Shown: piece after piece, positions 1-8,322 of the stretch
Layout of the letters: the number at the start of each line of letters is the position of its first letter
Position numbering within the stretch: the first letter of the stretch is position 1
Source of the DNA: an uncultured archaeon
Lineage (GTDB): Archaea > Asgardarchaeota > Lokiarchaeia > Sigyniarchaeales > SOKP01
Assembly (NCBI GenBank): GCA_964583985.1
Contig: CAZOYD010000056.1
Span: 1-23,404 of the forward strand
Direction: 5' to 3'
DNA: 23,404 nt
Position numbers and translations under genes: made by a program
The notes under the pieces: model-generated
What the model was told of the DNA's origin: nothing
Databases searched by the model: none
What the model saw: only the letters and a program-made list of their open reading frames with translations

Positions 1-1043
1 CTGGTTATTGGATGAAAGATGAGTATGGAAACCCCAATGTTGCTAACTTCCCTACAGTAATCTACGCAATTTATGCTGATGCAAGCACTGCTCATCAAGC
101 GTTCCTTAGTGGTGCTATTGATGCAAACGCGATGGCCTCGGATCAAAACATTGCGACATACAAAACCAATCCTAATATCTACGTGTATGATTTCACTACA
201 GCAACCGGAAAACCAAGTTTAGTATATCAATATATGGGAGTTAATAACCATAAGTATAATGAAACTTGGAGAAAAGTTTTAGCTTTTGCAACGAACTACT
301 CGTATGTTATTGATGAATTACGATTAGGTAATGCATTCCGATCTTATACAGCCATTTCACCCGGTTTTGGTGCCGCATTTAACTCATCACTTCCATCTGA
401 TCCTCGAGTCGTTCCTGATGGTGGAAATGTTACAATTGCAAGGCAAACCATGGTATCCATGGGTTTTGGTGATATGGGATGGACAGATGCCCAATGGATT
501 GCAGTAGCAGAGGGTTCAAGTCCGTTCAGAACCGTTCGATACACGTATAATCTTGGAAATTCTTTTAGACAAGATTTAGGCGTTGCTGTTACAGAATGGC
601 TTAAACTAGTAGGTTGTGCTGTTGAAGATGATGGCGTAATATGGGATACATTCTTAGACTACCTATATGATGTAGGTACTGGTCCTGATTCCGGTTGGGA
701 TCACTTAGAATTATACGCTATCGGATGGGCTCCTGATTACCTTGAACCATACAACATGCTTGACCCATTGTTTAACCCAATGTCTGGTTCAAACTCTGCT
801 CAAGTCAATGATACAGTCTTAAATGGTTTGATGGCATCCGCATTAACAGAAACTGATACAGTTGCTAGAGATAACATCTACAAGCACATCCAAAGTTACA
901 TGGCAACAACAGGATTTAACCACATACCACTTTACCACTCAAGAGTCATAGGACTTTGTCGTGGTGATATCTATGGTATACCTTTTAATGCCATGGGTGC
1001 TTTAAGAATCTTTCCAATTTATCGTGGTGCTTACCGAACCTAA
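1..1043 (+). CDS. Peptide/oligopeptide ABC transporter substrate-binding protein (OppA/DppA, SBP family 5), 5'-truncated
   Basis: Frame 3 is open from the window edge (GYW-MKDE...), so the real start lies upstream. Family-5 C-terminal motifs are present (WRKVLAFATNY, IGWAPDYLEPYNMLDPLF, ETDTVARDNIYKHIQ, HIPLY). It lies upstream of oppBCDF. Confidence 0.9.
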   Translation, partial: GYWMKDEYGNPNVANFPTVIYAIYADASTAHQAFLSGAIDANAMASDQNIATYKTNPNIYVYDFTTATGKPSLVYQYMGVNNHKYNETWRKVLAFATNYSYVIDELRLGNAFRSYTAISPGFGAAFNSSLPSDPRVVPDGGNVTIARQTMVSMGFGDMGWTDAQWIAVAEGSSPFRTVRYTYNLGNSFRQDLGVAVTEWLKLVGCAVEDDGVIWDTFLDYLYDVGTGPDSGWDHLELYAIGWAPDYLEPYNMLDPLFNPMSGSNSAQVNDTVLNGLMASALTETDTVARDNIYKHIQSYMATTGFNHIPLYHSRVIGLCRGDIYGIPFNAMGALRIFPIYRGAYRT

Positions 1044-1080
1044 TTTAGCACCATGATCAAATAATAAATAAATCATTACA

Positions 1081-1089
1081 TTTTTTTTT
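1081..1089 (+). terminator. Putative archaeal oligo-T terminator/attenuator after the binding-protein gene
   Basis: T9 tract about 38 nt after the stop codon. Archaeal intrinsic termination commonly occurs at oligo-T tracts. Confidence 0.5.
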
Positions 1090-1131
1090 AATATTATATC
1101 TTCTTATGTCCTTTTTGGTATTATCATACTT

Positions 1132-2010
1132 ATGCCGTACTTCAAACCAAATCAAGTTAAATCTTTTAAACAAGATATTGCCCCAATAGGATTTTATTTT
1201 GATATTTTTTCTACGCCTTTATTTCAAATTCCAATACTCCCCATTCCGTTAAGAATAGATAAAATATTTCATGGTGAGCCTACCCTACTCATTTCTCCCA
1301 ATCTAAAAAAAATAGAGAGAACTTGTAAAAAACTTAAATTATGCATTAACTTTAGCCAGTTTTATAAAACAGGAATAAGAAACCTGCTAAATTATGCTCG
1401 TTCAAAGCAATTACTTATTTTCAAGAAGAAAATTGAGGATATTGATATAATAAGGAAATGGTGGGAGGGATCAAACAAGATTGCCACAGATAACCCCGAT
1501 TTAGTCGAATCATTCACATTCATTACTACTCAATTCCTCAAGACCTATTCTCTTATCAATAAACAAAACACCACTCCAATTTTAGATAATAATGATTATA
1601 TAAATAGATTAATTGAATACTGTGACTCCATCATTATATATTTCCGTACTAAGATTGAAAAGAATCTATATTTTAGTAAAACTGGAAGTAAATTCAACCT
1701 TGAGAAGCTATATATTGAACGGAGAAAAAAATATTTTCCAATACAAGTAAAAATTCCGATCAATGATGTGATTTCCAATGAAACTTATGACATGGAGTTT
1801 GTACCTTATTTAATTTATGATGATTTATTAGAAAGCTTTTGCTATAACAAAAGTCTCCTAATGAATACAACGAATATTCCGATAAATTTAAAAGTTTACG
1901 AAGATAATAAAATTATTAATAAAACATCTACTATTGATGATATTAGAATAAATTCATCTAAGATAGCACTAAATAAACTTACAATAGAAGAAGTATTCGA
2001 TATCTACTGA
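1132..2010 (+). CDS. Hypothetical soluble protein (292 aa) inside the peptide ABC operon
   Basis: Long ORF with ATG start, co-oriented, 10 nt from the next gene. No TM segment or family motif recognised. Confidence 0.75.
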   Translation: MPYFKPNQVKSFKQDIAPIGFYFDIFSTPLFQIPILPIPLRIDKIFHGEPTLLISPNLKKIERTCKKLKLCINFSQFYKTGIRNLLNYARSKQLLIFKKKIEDIDIIRKWWEGSNKIATDNPDLVESFTFITTQFLKTYSLINKQNTTPILDNNDYINRLIEYCDSIIIYFRTKIEKNLYFSKTGSKFNLEKLYIERRKKYFPIQVKIPINDVISNETYDMEFVPYLIYDDLLESFCYNKSLLMNTTNIPINLKVYEDNKIINKTSTIDDIRINSSKIALNKLTIEEVFDIY

Positions 2011-2020
2011 GTATATTATT

Positions 2021-2485
2021 ATGAAGATCAAAAAAATTGAATTTGCTCGACAAACTAACTTTCTATTGGCGTTATTACTCATCCATTTCTTATTTTTCGG
2101 TTATTTATCAAATGTTTATGCCAAAACTATAGGAGATGGTGTTTTATTTTTATATCAGGTACTATTTAGCCCACAATCGTATCTATCTTTAATTATCTTG
2201 GTATTAATTGTCTTTCTCATGGCATTTAGGGAAAATTTTTTCGAATATGGCATTCGAAATAGTATATGGTTAGTTCCCTTTATTATTGTACAATCCTGGA
2301 TCTGGTATTGGTTTATAATTGAGGATTTTGATATCGGAATTATTGGTGCCTATTTTCTTAGAATTGAAAGCTACATCACGATATTGACGTTATTGGGAGT
2401 AAACGTTATTACTGCTACGTTGGCTTCAATCGCAAAAGAAAAATATAAAGCATTAACGAAACGATACAAAAAAATTGAGGAATAA
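2021..2485 (+). CDS. Hypothetical integral membrane protein (about 4 TM helices, 154 aa)
   Basis: Four hydrophobic stretches with basic N- and C-termini. Stop is 21 nt upstream of the oppB start. Confidence 0.8.
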   Translation: MKIKKIEFARQTNFLLALLLIHFLFFGYLSNVYAKTIGDGVLFLYQVLFSPQSYLSLIILVLIVFLMAFRENFFEYGIRNSIWLVPFIIVQSWIWYWFIIEDFDIGIIGAYFLRIESYITILTLLGVNVITATLASIAKEKYKALTKRYKKIEE

Positions 2486-2506
2486 ATAAAAAAAAGGTCA
2501 TAATTA

Positions 2507-3526
2507 ATGAGTCTATCAAAATATATTATACGCAGGTTATTAATAGCCATTCCAGTGATATTTGGAGTAATGACCCTTACATTCATCTTGTCACGATTTA
2601 TGCCAGGTGACCCTGTTTTAGCATATATGAGAGAAGGAAGATTTGATCAAGATTATTACAACCAAATTTATCATCAACTGGGGCTAGATGAGCCCCTCAT
2701 TGTTCAGTATTTTAAATACCTTGGAGATATACTCGTAGGGAACTGGGGATATTCCCAATCGATCTATAAAGGTATGCCTGTTTGGAACTTAATCATGTTA
2801 AAATTGCCCCGAACTGCGGATCTCGCAATTTTTTCAATGGTTATTGCAGCTGTTTTAGGTATTAAAGCGGGGATCATTTCAGCAACTCATCGTAATAAAC
2901 CAAGGGACACTTTTTTAAGAGGCTTATCATTGATTGGTGTTGCAGTTCCCGTGTTCTTTCTTGGCATGCTACTTCAATATACTTTAGCTATAGCCAATGA
3001 TTTTTTTCCTGCAACGGGATTTAAAACCGAGTATTATGAAGATCCCCCTTTCGTAACTGGGTTTAGACTGATTGATTCGATACTTTCTGGACACCTTTAC
3101 ATGTTTACTGATTATTTATACCATTTAATTTTACCTGTTTTTTGTTTATCATTTATCTCCTTGGCAGGAATTGTAAGGCAAACTCGATCAAGTATGCTTG
3201 AAATTCTTGAACAAGATTATATCAGAACCGCTAGAGCGAAAGGTTGCAAAGAAAAAGATGTGATAAATGTCCATGCTAAAAAAAATGCGATGATTCCAAC
3301 CGTCACCGTTATTGGACTAGGATTCGGGGGTCTTTTGACAGGTGCAGTACTCACAGAAACCACATTTGGATTAGCTGGTTTAGGACAGTTATTAATTGAT
3401 TCAATAACGAATAGTGATTATTGGGTTTTAAATGGGTTAGTGTTTTTCTTCGCCTTAGTGTTCATTGCGGTTAACTTGATCACAGATGTGGTATATGGGA
3501 TATTAGATCCAAGAATACGATACTAA
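2507..3526 (+). CDS. oppB: Peptide ABC transporter permease OppB/DppB
   Basis: YIIRRLL...MPGDP N-terminus, GLDEPLIVQYFKY, EAA loop (RSSMLEILEQDYIRTARAKG), C-terminal LDPRIRY. Confidence 0.95.
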   Translation: MSLSKYIIRRLLIAIPVIFGVMTLTFILSRFMPGDPVLAYMREGRFDQDYYNQIYHQLGLDEPLIVQYFKYLGDILVGNWGYSQSIYKGMPVWNLIMLKLPRTADLAIFSMVIAAVLGIKAGIISATHRNKPRDTFLRGLSLIGVAVPVFFLGMLLQYTLAIANDFFPATGFKTEYYEDPPFVTGFRLIDSILSGHLYMFTDYLYHLILPVFCLSFISLAGIVRQTRSSMLEILEQDYIRTARAKGCKEKDVINVHAKKNAMIPTVTVIGLGFGGLLTGAVLTETTFGLAGLGQLLIDSITNSDYWVLNGLVFFFALVFIAVNLITDVVYGILDPRIRY

Positions 3527-3548
3527 TTAATAAATGAGGTAAGAAATT

Positions 3549-4580
3549 TTGCAAAAAGAAATGGTTTATGAAACTCTACTTGAAGATGAATCAGAAAAGA
3601 ATGGGATTAAAGATATTTCCATAAGAGTTGTAAAGTGGATTGGTAAAAATCTTAGATTTCTTTTCATTCCGGCATCTCGATTGGAAGAATTAACGATACG
3701 AGAAATCGAATATGAAATGACTCGAAGTAAGAGAAAATTCATTAGACGATTTAAATCAGTATTAACGATTTTGGGTATCCTCTTAGTGTTTCTTATGGCG
3801 ACATTAGCCATATTTCCTCATTGGATTTCACCATACACGCTCCAGCAAGCGCTGGGGGTATATACAGATGCGTGGGGTGCCCCAGATGCATTGCATCCTT
3901 TTGGAAAAACCAAATTTGGACGGGATGTTCTTGCAAGAGTAATTTTTGGAGCTAGAACGTCCTTAACAGTGGCACTTCCCGCAATAGCGATGAGTGTAGT
4001 TTTTGGCGTAATGATTGGTGTGATAGCTGCCTATTATGGAGGATGGATCGATGCAGTAATAATGAGAATAATCGATGTATTTATGGCATTTCCCTCTTTA
4101 GTTCTTGCATTGGTTTTTGTCGTGGTCTTTTCGGAAGCTTTTGGTTCCGACTCTACCATCAATTACATCATGCTTGCTTGGGGAATTCTTGGTATTCCCT
4201 ATTATTCTCGCCTAATAAGGGGTAGCGTACTCCAAGCGAGAGAGTTACCTTATATTCAAGCTGCTAGAGTATCTGGTGCGGGAAATTCGAGAATTATGTT
4301 TAAGCATATTCTCCCTAATATTATTCAACCTATAATCATTTCAATGACTTTTGATATAGGGGGTGTAATACTTGGATTATCTGGACTAGCATTTTTAGGA
4401 TATAGCGATTATAGAATGATTGACTGGGGCAATGAAATAAGTGAGGGCCGCAATTATTTCGATATAGCTCCCTGGGCTTCACTTTGGCCAGGTTTTTTCA
4501 TTTTACTTGCAGTTCTTGGTTTTATGCTGCTCGGTGATGGCTTACGTGACGCATTAGATCCTCGGTTAAAAAACTTATAG
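3549..4580 (+). CDS. oppC: Peptide ABC transporter permease OppC/DppC with N-terminal extension
   Basis: HPFGKTKFGRDVLARVIFGARTSL, EAA loop (YIQAARVSGA...HILPN), LGDGLRDALDPR. TTG start with GAGGT at 3536-3540; alternative ATG at 3561. Confidence 0.95.
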   Translation: MQKEMVYETLLEDESEKNGIKDISIRVVKWIGKNLRFLFIPASRLEELTIREIEYEMTRSKRKFIRRFKSVLTILGILLVFLMATLAIFPHWISPYTLQQALGVYTDAWGAPDALHPFGKTKFGRDVLARVIFGARTSLTVALPAIAMSVVFGVMIGVIAAYYGGWIDAVIMRIIDVFMAFPSLVLALVFVVVFSEAFGSDSTINYIMLAWGILGIPYYSRLIRGSVLQARELPYIQAARVSGAGNSRIMFKHILPNIIQPIIISMTFDIGGVILGLSGLAFLGYSDYRMIDWGNEISEGRNYFDIAPWASLWPGFFILLAVLGFMLLGDGLRDALDPRLKNL

Positions 4581-4640
4581 AGGATCCTTAATTATATTTT
4601 TTTAACTTATTAAAAACCTATCAAATGAAGAGATTATAAA

Positions 4641-5885
4641 ATGACAGAAAGCGAAGAATCATCAAATCTTGGAACTATTCAAAACGAAAAATTAATTCAA
4701 GTTAAAAATTTGAAGACCTATTTTTATACAGAAGAAGGAATAGTTAAAGCAGTCGATGGTGTCACATTCGACATTTATGAAGATGAAGTGATCGGTTTGG
4801 TTGGAGAAACTGGTTGCGGGAAATCAGTCACTGCACTATCTATTTTAAATTTAGTTAGAGCTCCAGGGAAAATTATTGATGGTCAAGTTATATTTAAGGG
4901 ACAAGACCTGGTAGAATTAGACAGAAAGGAAATGAGGAATTACCGTGGAAAAGAGATCACGATGATTTTTCAAGATCCACTCAATTCTCTCAATCCTGTT
5001 ATGACAGTTGGGACTCAAGTAGGAGAAATCTTTTTATTGCATCAACGTGATACAATAAAAGCCGAGTTAGATCAAAAATTACTTGAAAGAAAGAAAAAAC
5101 TCAACGAAGCGAAAGAACTAAAAGAAGAATTGAAAACAAATGAAGAAAGATTAAGTGAAAAAGAAAAAGAAGAATTACAACAACAAATTGATCAAATTAA
5201 GCATAAATATGAAAAACTTCCTTCTTTGAAAGACATTTTGAACGATTTTTGTGCAGAAATTATTAAAGAAGTAGGTATTGCTGATTCGAAAGCTATTCTT
5301 CAACGGTATCCTCATGAATTAAGTGGTGGAATGAGACAGAGAGTCATGATCGCAATGGCCTTATCTTGCAATCCTGCTTTGTTGATCGCAGATGAACCAA
5401 CGACTGCTTTAGATGTAACAATTCAAGCACAAATCATAGATCTAATGAAATCATTAAAAAATAGGTTTAAAACATCTATTTTACTAATCACTCATGATTT
5501 AGGTATTATTGCAGAACTATGTAATAGAGTTGCAGTGATGTATAGTGGAAATATTGTAGAATACGCGTCTGCAGAAGATTTATTTAAGAATCCAAGTCAC
5601 CCATACACAAAGGGTTTAATAGGAGCGATCCCAAGCATTGAGCTGAAGAACAAAAAACTTAAAACCATAAGAGGAATGGTTCCTAATCTAATATATCCCC
5701 CTTCGGGTTGTAGATTTCATCCACGTTGTGATTTTCGACTTGAAATCTGCGATAAAATTAAACCTAAACTTAATGAAATTCGCGATAAATATTATGTGGC
5801 ATGCCATTTATTTGATCCTGAATATAAAGATTCTCCTAAATATGAATGGAAGCAATTAGACGATACAATAACTTTTAAAGTTTAA
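4641..5885 (+). CDS. oppD: Peptide ABC transporter ATP-binding protein OppD/DppD with coiled-coil insertion
   Basis: Walker A GETGCGKS, Q-loop IFQDP, signature LSGGMRQR, Walker B LLIADEPT, H-loop ITHD, C-terminal HPYT...GCRFHPRC...C...ACH domain. Confidence 0.95.
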   Translation: MTESEESSNLGTIQNEKLIQVKNLKTYFYTEEGIVKAVDGVTFDIYEDEVIGLVGETGCGKSVTALSILNLVRAPGKIIDGQVIFKGQDLVELDRKEMRNYRGKEITMIFQDPLNSLNPVMTVGTQVGEIFLLHQRDTIKAELDQKLLERKKKLNEAKELKEELKTNEERLSEKEKEELQQQIDQIKHKYEKLPSLKDILNDFCAEIIKEVGIADSKAILQRYPHELSGGMRQRVMIAMALSCNPALLIADEPTTALDVTIQAQIIDLMKSLKNRFKTSILLITHDLGIIAELCNRVAVMYSGNIVEYASAEDLFKNPSHPYTKGLIGAIPSIELKNKKLKTIRGMVPNLIYPPSGCRFHPRCDFRLEICDKIKPKLNEIRDKYYVACHLFDPEYKDSPKYEWKQLDDTITFKV

Positions 5886-5908
5886 ATAAGAATTTAAAAT
5901 GATTAATA

Positions 5909-7036
5909 ATGACAGAAGCAGAAAAAATTGATAGTTTTCCTGAATATGATGATATTCCTGAAGATGCATTAATTTCAGTAAGAAATCTTCGAACATATTA
6001 TCCCCTTTATGGAGGGCTATTTAAAAGAAAGATTGGAGATGTTAGGGCAGTTGATGGCGTATCCTTTGATCTTAGGAAACGACAAACTCTTGGGCTAGTA
6101 GGCGAAAGTGGATGTGGTAAAACCACCATTGGAAATACTCTTTTGAACTTAGTTCCCCCTACATCGGGAGAGATTTATTTTAAAGGTAAATTAATAATTC
6201 AACCTAAATCGATGCTGCACAAAACTAAGTCAATAAAAACTTCAGATCAGACCATTCGAAGAGAAACACAAGTATTTAATACTGATTTAAGGAAGAAAAT
6301 TCAAATGGTATTTCAAGATCCTGATTCATCATTAAATCCGAGATGGAAAATTGTAAACATAATAGGCGAACCTCTTAGATTATTAATGGGCATGAAAAAA
6401 CGAAATGACATTCGAAAGAGAGTGCTGGAACTACTTGAAACAGTTTCAATGAAAGCAGAACATTTAGATAGATTTCCACACGAGTTCTCTGGAGGTCAAA
6501 AACAACGAATTGTGATCGCTCGAGCTTTAGCATGTAATCCTGAAGTTATGATATTAGATGAACCAACCTCAGCTTTAGATGTATCTGTACAAGCTCAAAT
6601 TTTAAATTTATTAAAAGATCTTCAAAATCGATTCGAATTTTCGTATTTATTTATTACCCACGATTTGACTGTAGTACAACATATCGCTGATCGGATTGAA
6701 GTAATGTATTTGGGAAAATTCGTGGAAGGCGGACGTATTGAAGAAGTATTTTATAATCCAACTCATCCTTATACTAAAGCGTTGTTATCTGCTAGACCAA
6801 CTTTCGATCCAAATTCCAAAAAAAATCGAATCATCCTGCAAGGAGATGTGCCTAGTCCAGTAAATCCCCCTTCAGGATGTACATTTCATCCTCGATGCTA
6901 TGAAATGAATAAACATACAGGTTGCGGAACCGATGCTCCTACGAAAGTCGATCTAGGTGGCGATCATTATATGTATTGTCGTCCGTTAGCTATCAAAGAA
7001 AAATCATATGAAGGAATGAAATTTATATCTGATTAA
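5909..7036 (+). CDS. oppF: Peptide ABC transporter ATP-binding protein OppF/DppF
   Basis: GESGCGKT, VFQDP, FSGGQKQR, ILDEPTSALDVSVQAQ, ITHD, HPYT...GCTFHPRC. Confidence 0.95.
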   Translation: MTEAEKIDSFPEYDDIPEDALISVRNLRTYYPLYGGLFKRKIGDVRAVDGVSFDLRKRQTLGLVGESGCGKTTIGNTLLNLVPPTSGEIYFKGKLIIQPKSMLHKTKSIKTSDQTIRRETQVFNTDLRKKIQMVFQDPDSSLNPRWKIVNIIGEPLRLLMGMKKRNDIRKRVLELLETVSMKAEHLDRFPHEFSGGQKQRIVIARALACNPEVMILDEPTSALDVSVQAQILNLLKDLQNRFEFSYLFITHDLTVVQHIADRIEVMYLGKFVEGGRIEEVFYNPTHPYTKALLSARPTFDPNSKKNRIILQGDVPSPVNPPSGCTFHPRCYEMNKHTGCGTDAPTKVDLGGDHYMYCRPLAIKEKSYEGMKFISD

Positions 7037-7053
7037 TCAATTTAAAATATCAC

Positions 7054-7065
7054 TTTCTATTTTTT
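7054..7065 (+). terminator. Putative T-rich terminator after oppF
   Basis: TTTCTATTTTTT about 18 nt after the stop at the operon end. Confidence 0.35.
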
Positions 7066-7143
7066 ATTATCTAAATTATATTATTTCAGCTAATCACAAA
7101 TATGATGGATATAAAAATAAAGTAGGGTACTTTTATCTTACCA

Positions 7144-8322
7144 ATGATAGATAATAAATCTCAAATTTTTGTCGTTAAAACAACTCCAAGAACCATTCTT
7201 GAGGATTATAAAAAAGTAATGGATTTAGCTCAATACAAGGATTTCTTTGATATTAATGAGGATCTTATTATCAAATTAAACCTGAGTTGGTCAAAATTCT
7301 TTCCTGCCTGCTCAAGTCCCCCATGGCAATTAGAAGGTGTAGTGAAGACCTTAGTAGAAGAAGGTTTCGATCCTAAAAACCTTTTTACTGCTGAAAATCG
7401 CACAGTTGTGACAAATATTGCTAAAGGGTTAAAAGGAAATCGCTGGGAACCAATAATTAAGAAGTATGATGTATGGTTTGTGCCATTAACAAGAATTCCG
7501 TTTGTTTCTTATGAATCATTAAGACCTAAATTTATTCAATTGAAAACTACAAAGTTACACGTATTGGATTCTAAGATATTTCCTGGTGGATTTAAAATTC
7601 CAAAGTTTTATCTTGGTAAATCAATAATTCATTTGCCTACAATGAAAACACATGGACACACAGGTGCTATCGGTGGGGATTTGAAAAAAACAAGTAATGA
7701 GATGATACATGGAGGCATCACATGTGCCATGAAAAATGCTTTCGGGGGCTTGTTAACAAAAAGACGGCACTACAGTCATCAATTTATATCTGAGGTGCTG
7801 GTAGATCTGTTAATCGTACAAAAACAAATTCATCCTCAAATCTTAGCAATAGTAGATGGAACAGTTTGTGGTGATGGGGCGGGACCTAGAACCATGATTC
7901 CTCGAATTAAGAATTATCTTCTTGCCGGTTATGATCAAGTGGCGGTAGATACAGTGGTATCAAAAATGATGGGATTTGATCCCTTGAAATTACCCGCCAT
8001 AAAATTGGCTCACGAAGAGGGTTTAGGTTGTGGTGATTTTGATCAAATCGAGATACTTGGAGAAGATGTCTCATCAATAAATTGGCACTTTAAAGTTAAA
8101 AGAAGTTTGGTTATATGGGGGGATCAAATGGTTCGTAAAGGGGCACTCAAATTTTTAAATCCTTTGATGCAAAATAGGTTATTCATGACTTTTCCAATAT
8201 TGGCCTCATTGGTATATCATGATATGTTTTGGTATCCTATAATTGGTAAAAAACGAATTAATGAATTCAATAAAACAGAATGGGGTAAAAAATTTCTTAA
8301 TTATCCTAAAAAAGTGAATTAA
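7144..8322 (+). CDS. DUF362 family protein
   Basis: IIKLN (cf. KPN), LPTMKTH, TCAMKNAFG, H, VDGTVCGDGAGP and DQVAVD...MMGFDP motifs typical of DUF362. Confidence 0.85.
   Translation: MIDNKSQIFVVKTTPRTILEDYKKVMDLAQYKDFFDINEDLIIKLNLSWSKFFPACSSPPWQLEGVVKTLVEEGFDPKNLFTAENRTVVTNIAKGLKGNRWEPIIKKYDVWFVPLTRIPFVSYESLRPKFIQLKTTKLHVLDSKIFPGGFKIPKFYLGKSIIHLPTMKTHGHTGAIGGDLKKTSNEMIHGGITCAMKNAFGGLLTKRRHYSHQFISEVLVDLLIVQKQIHPQILAIVDGTVCGDGAGPRTMIPRIKNYLLAGYDQVAVDTVVSKMMGFDPLKLPAIKLAHEEGLGCGDFDQIEILGEDVSSINWHFKVKRSLVIWGDQMVRKGALKFLNPLMQNRLFMTFPILASLVYHDMFWYPIIGKKRINEFNKTEWGKKFLNYPKKVN

Noticed and set aside
344-4225. Short ORFs 344-544, 1596-1778, 2371-2586, 3566-3811 (minus) and 4043-4225 (plus, Cys-rich)
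   Set aside because: They overlap well-supported genes antisense or out of frame and have no recognisable motifs; shadow ORFs.
5700-5810. Four-Cys C-terminal motif in OppD (and in OppF) as a novel Fe-S site
   Set aside because: Standard C-terminal domain of oligopeptide ABC ATPases, already known to bind an Fe-S cluster in some DppD/OppD proteins.
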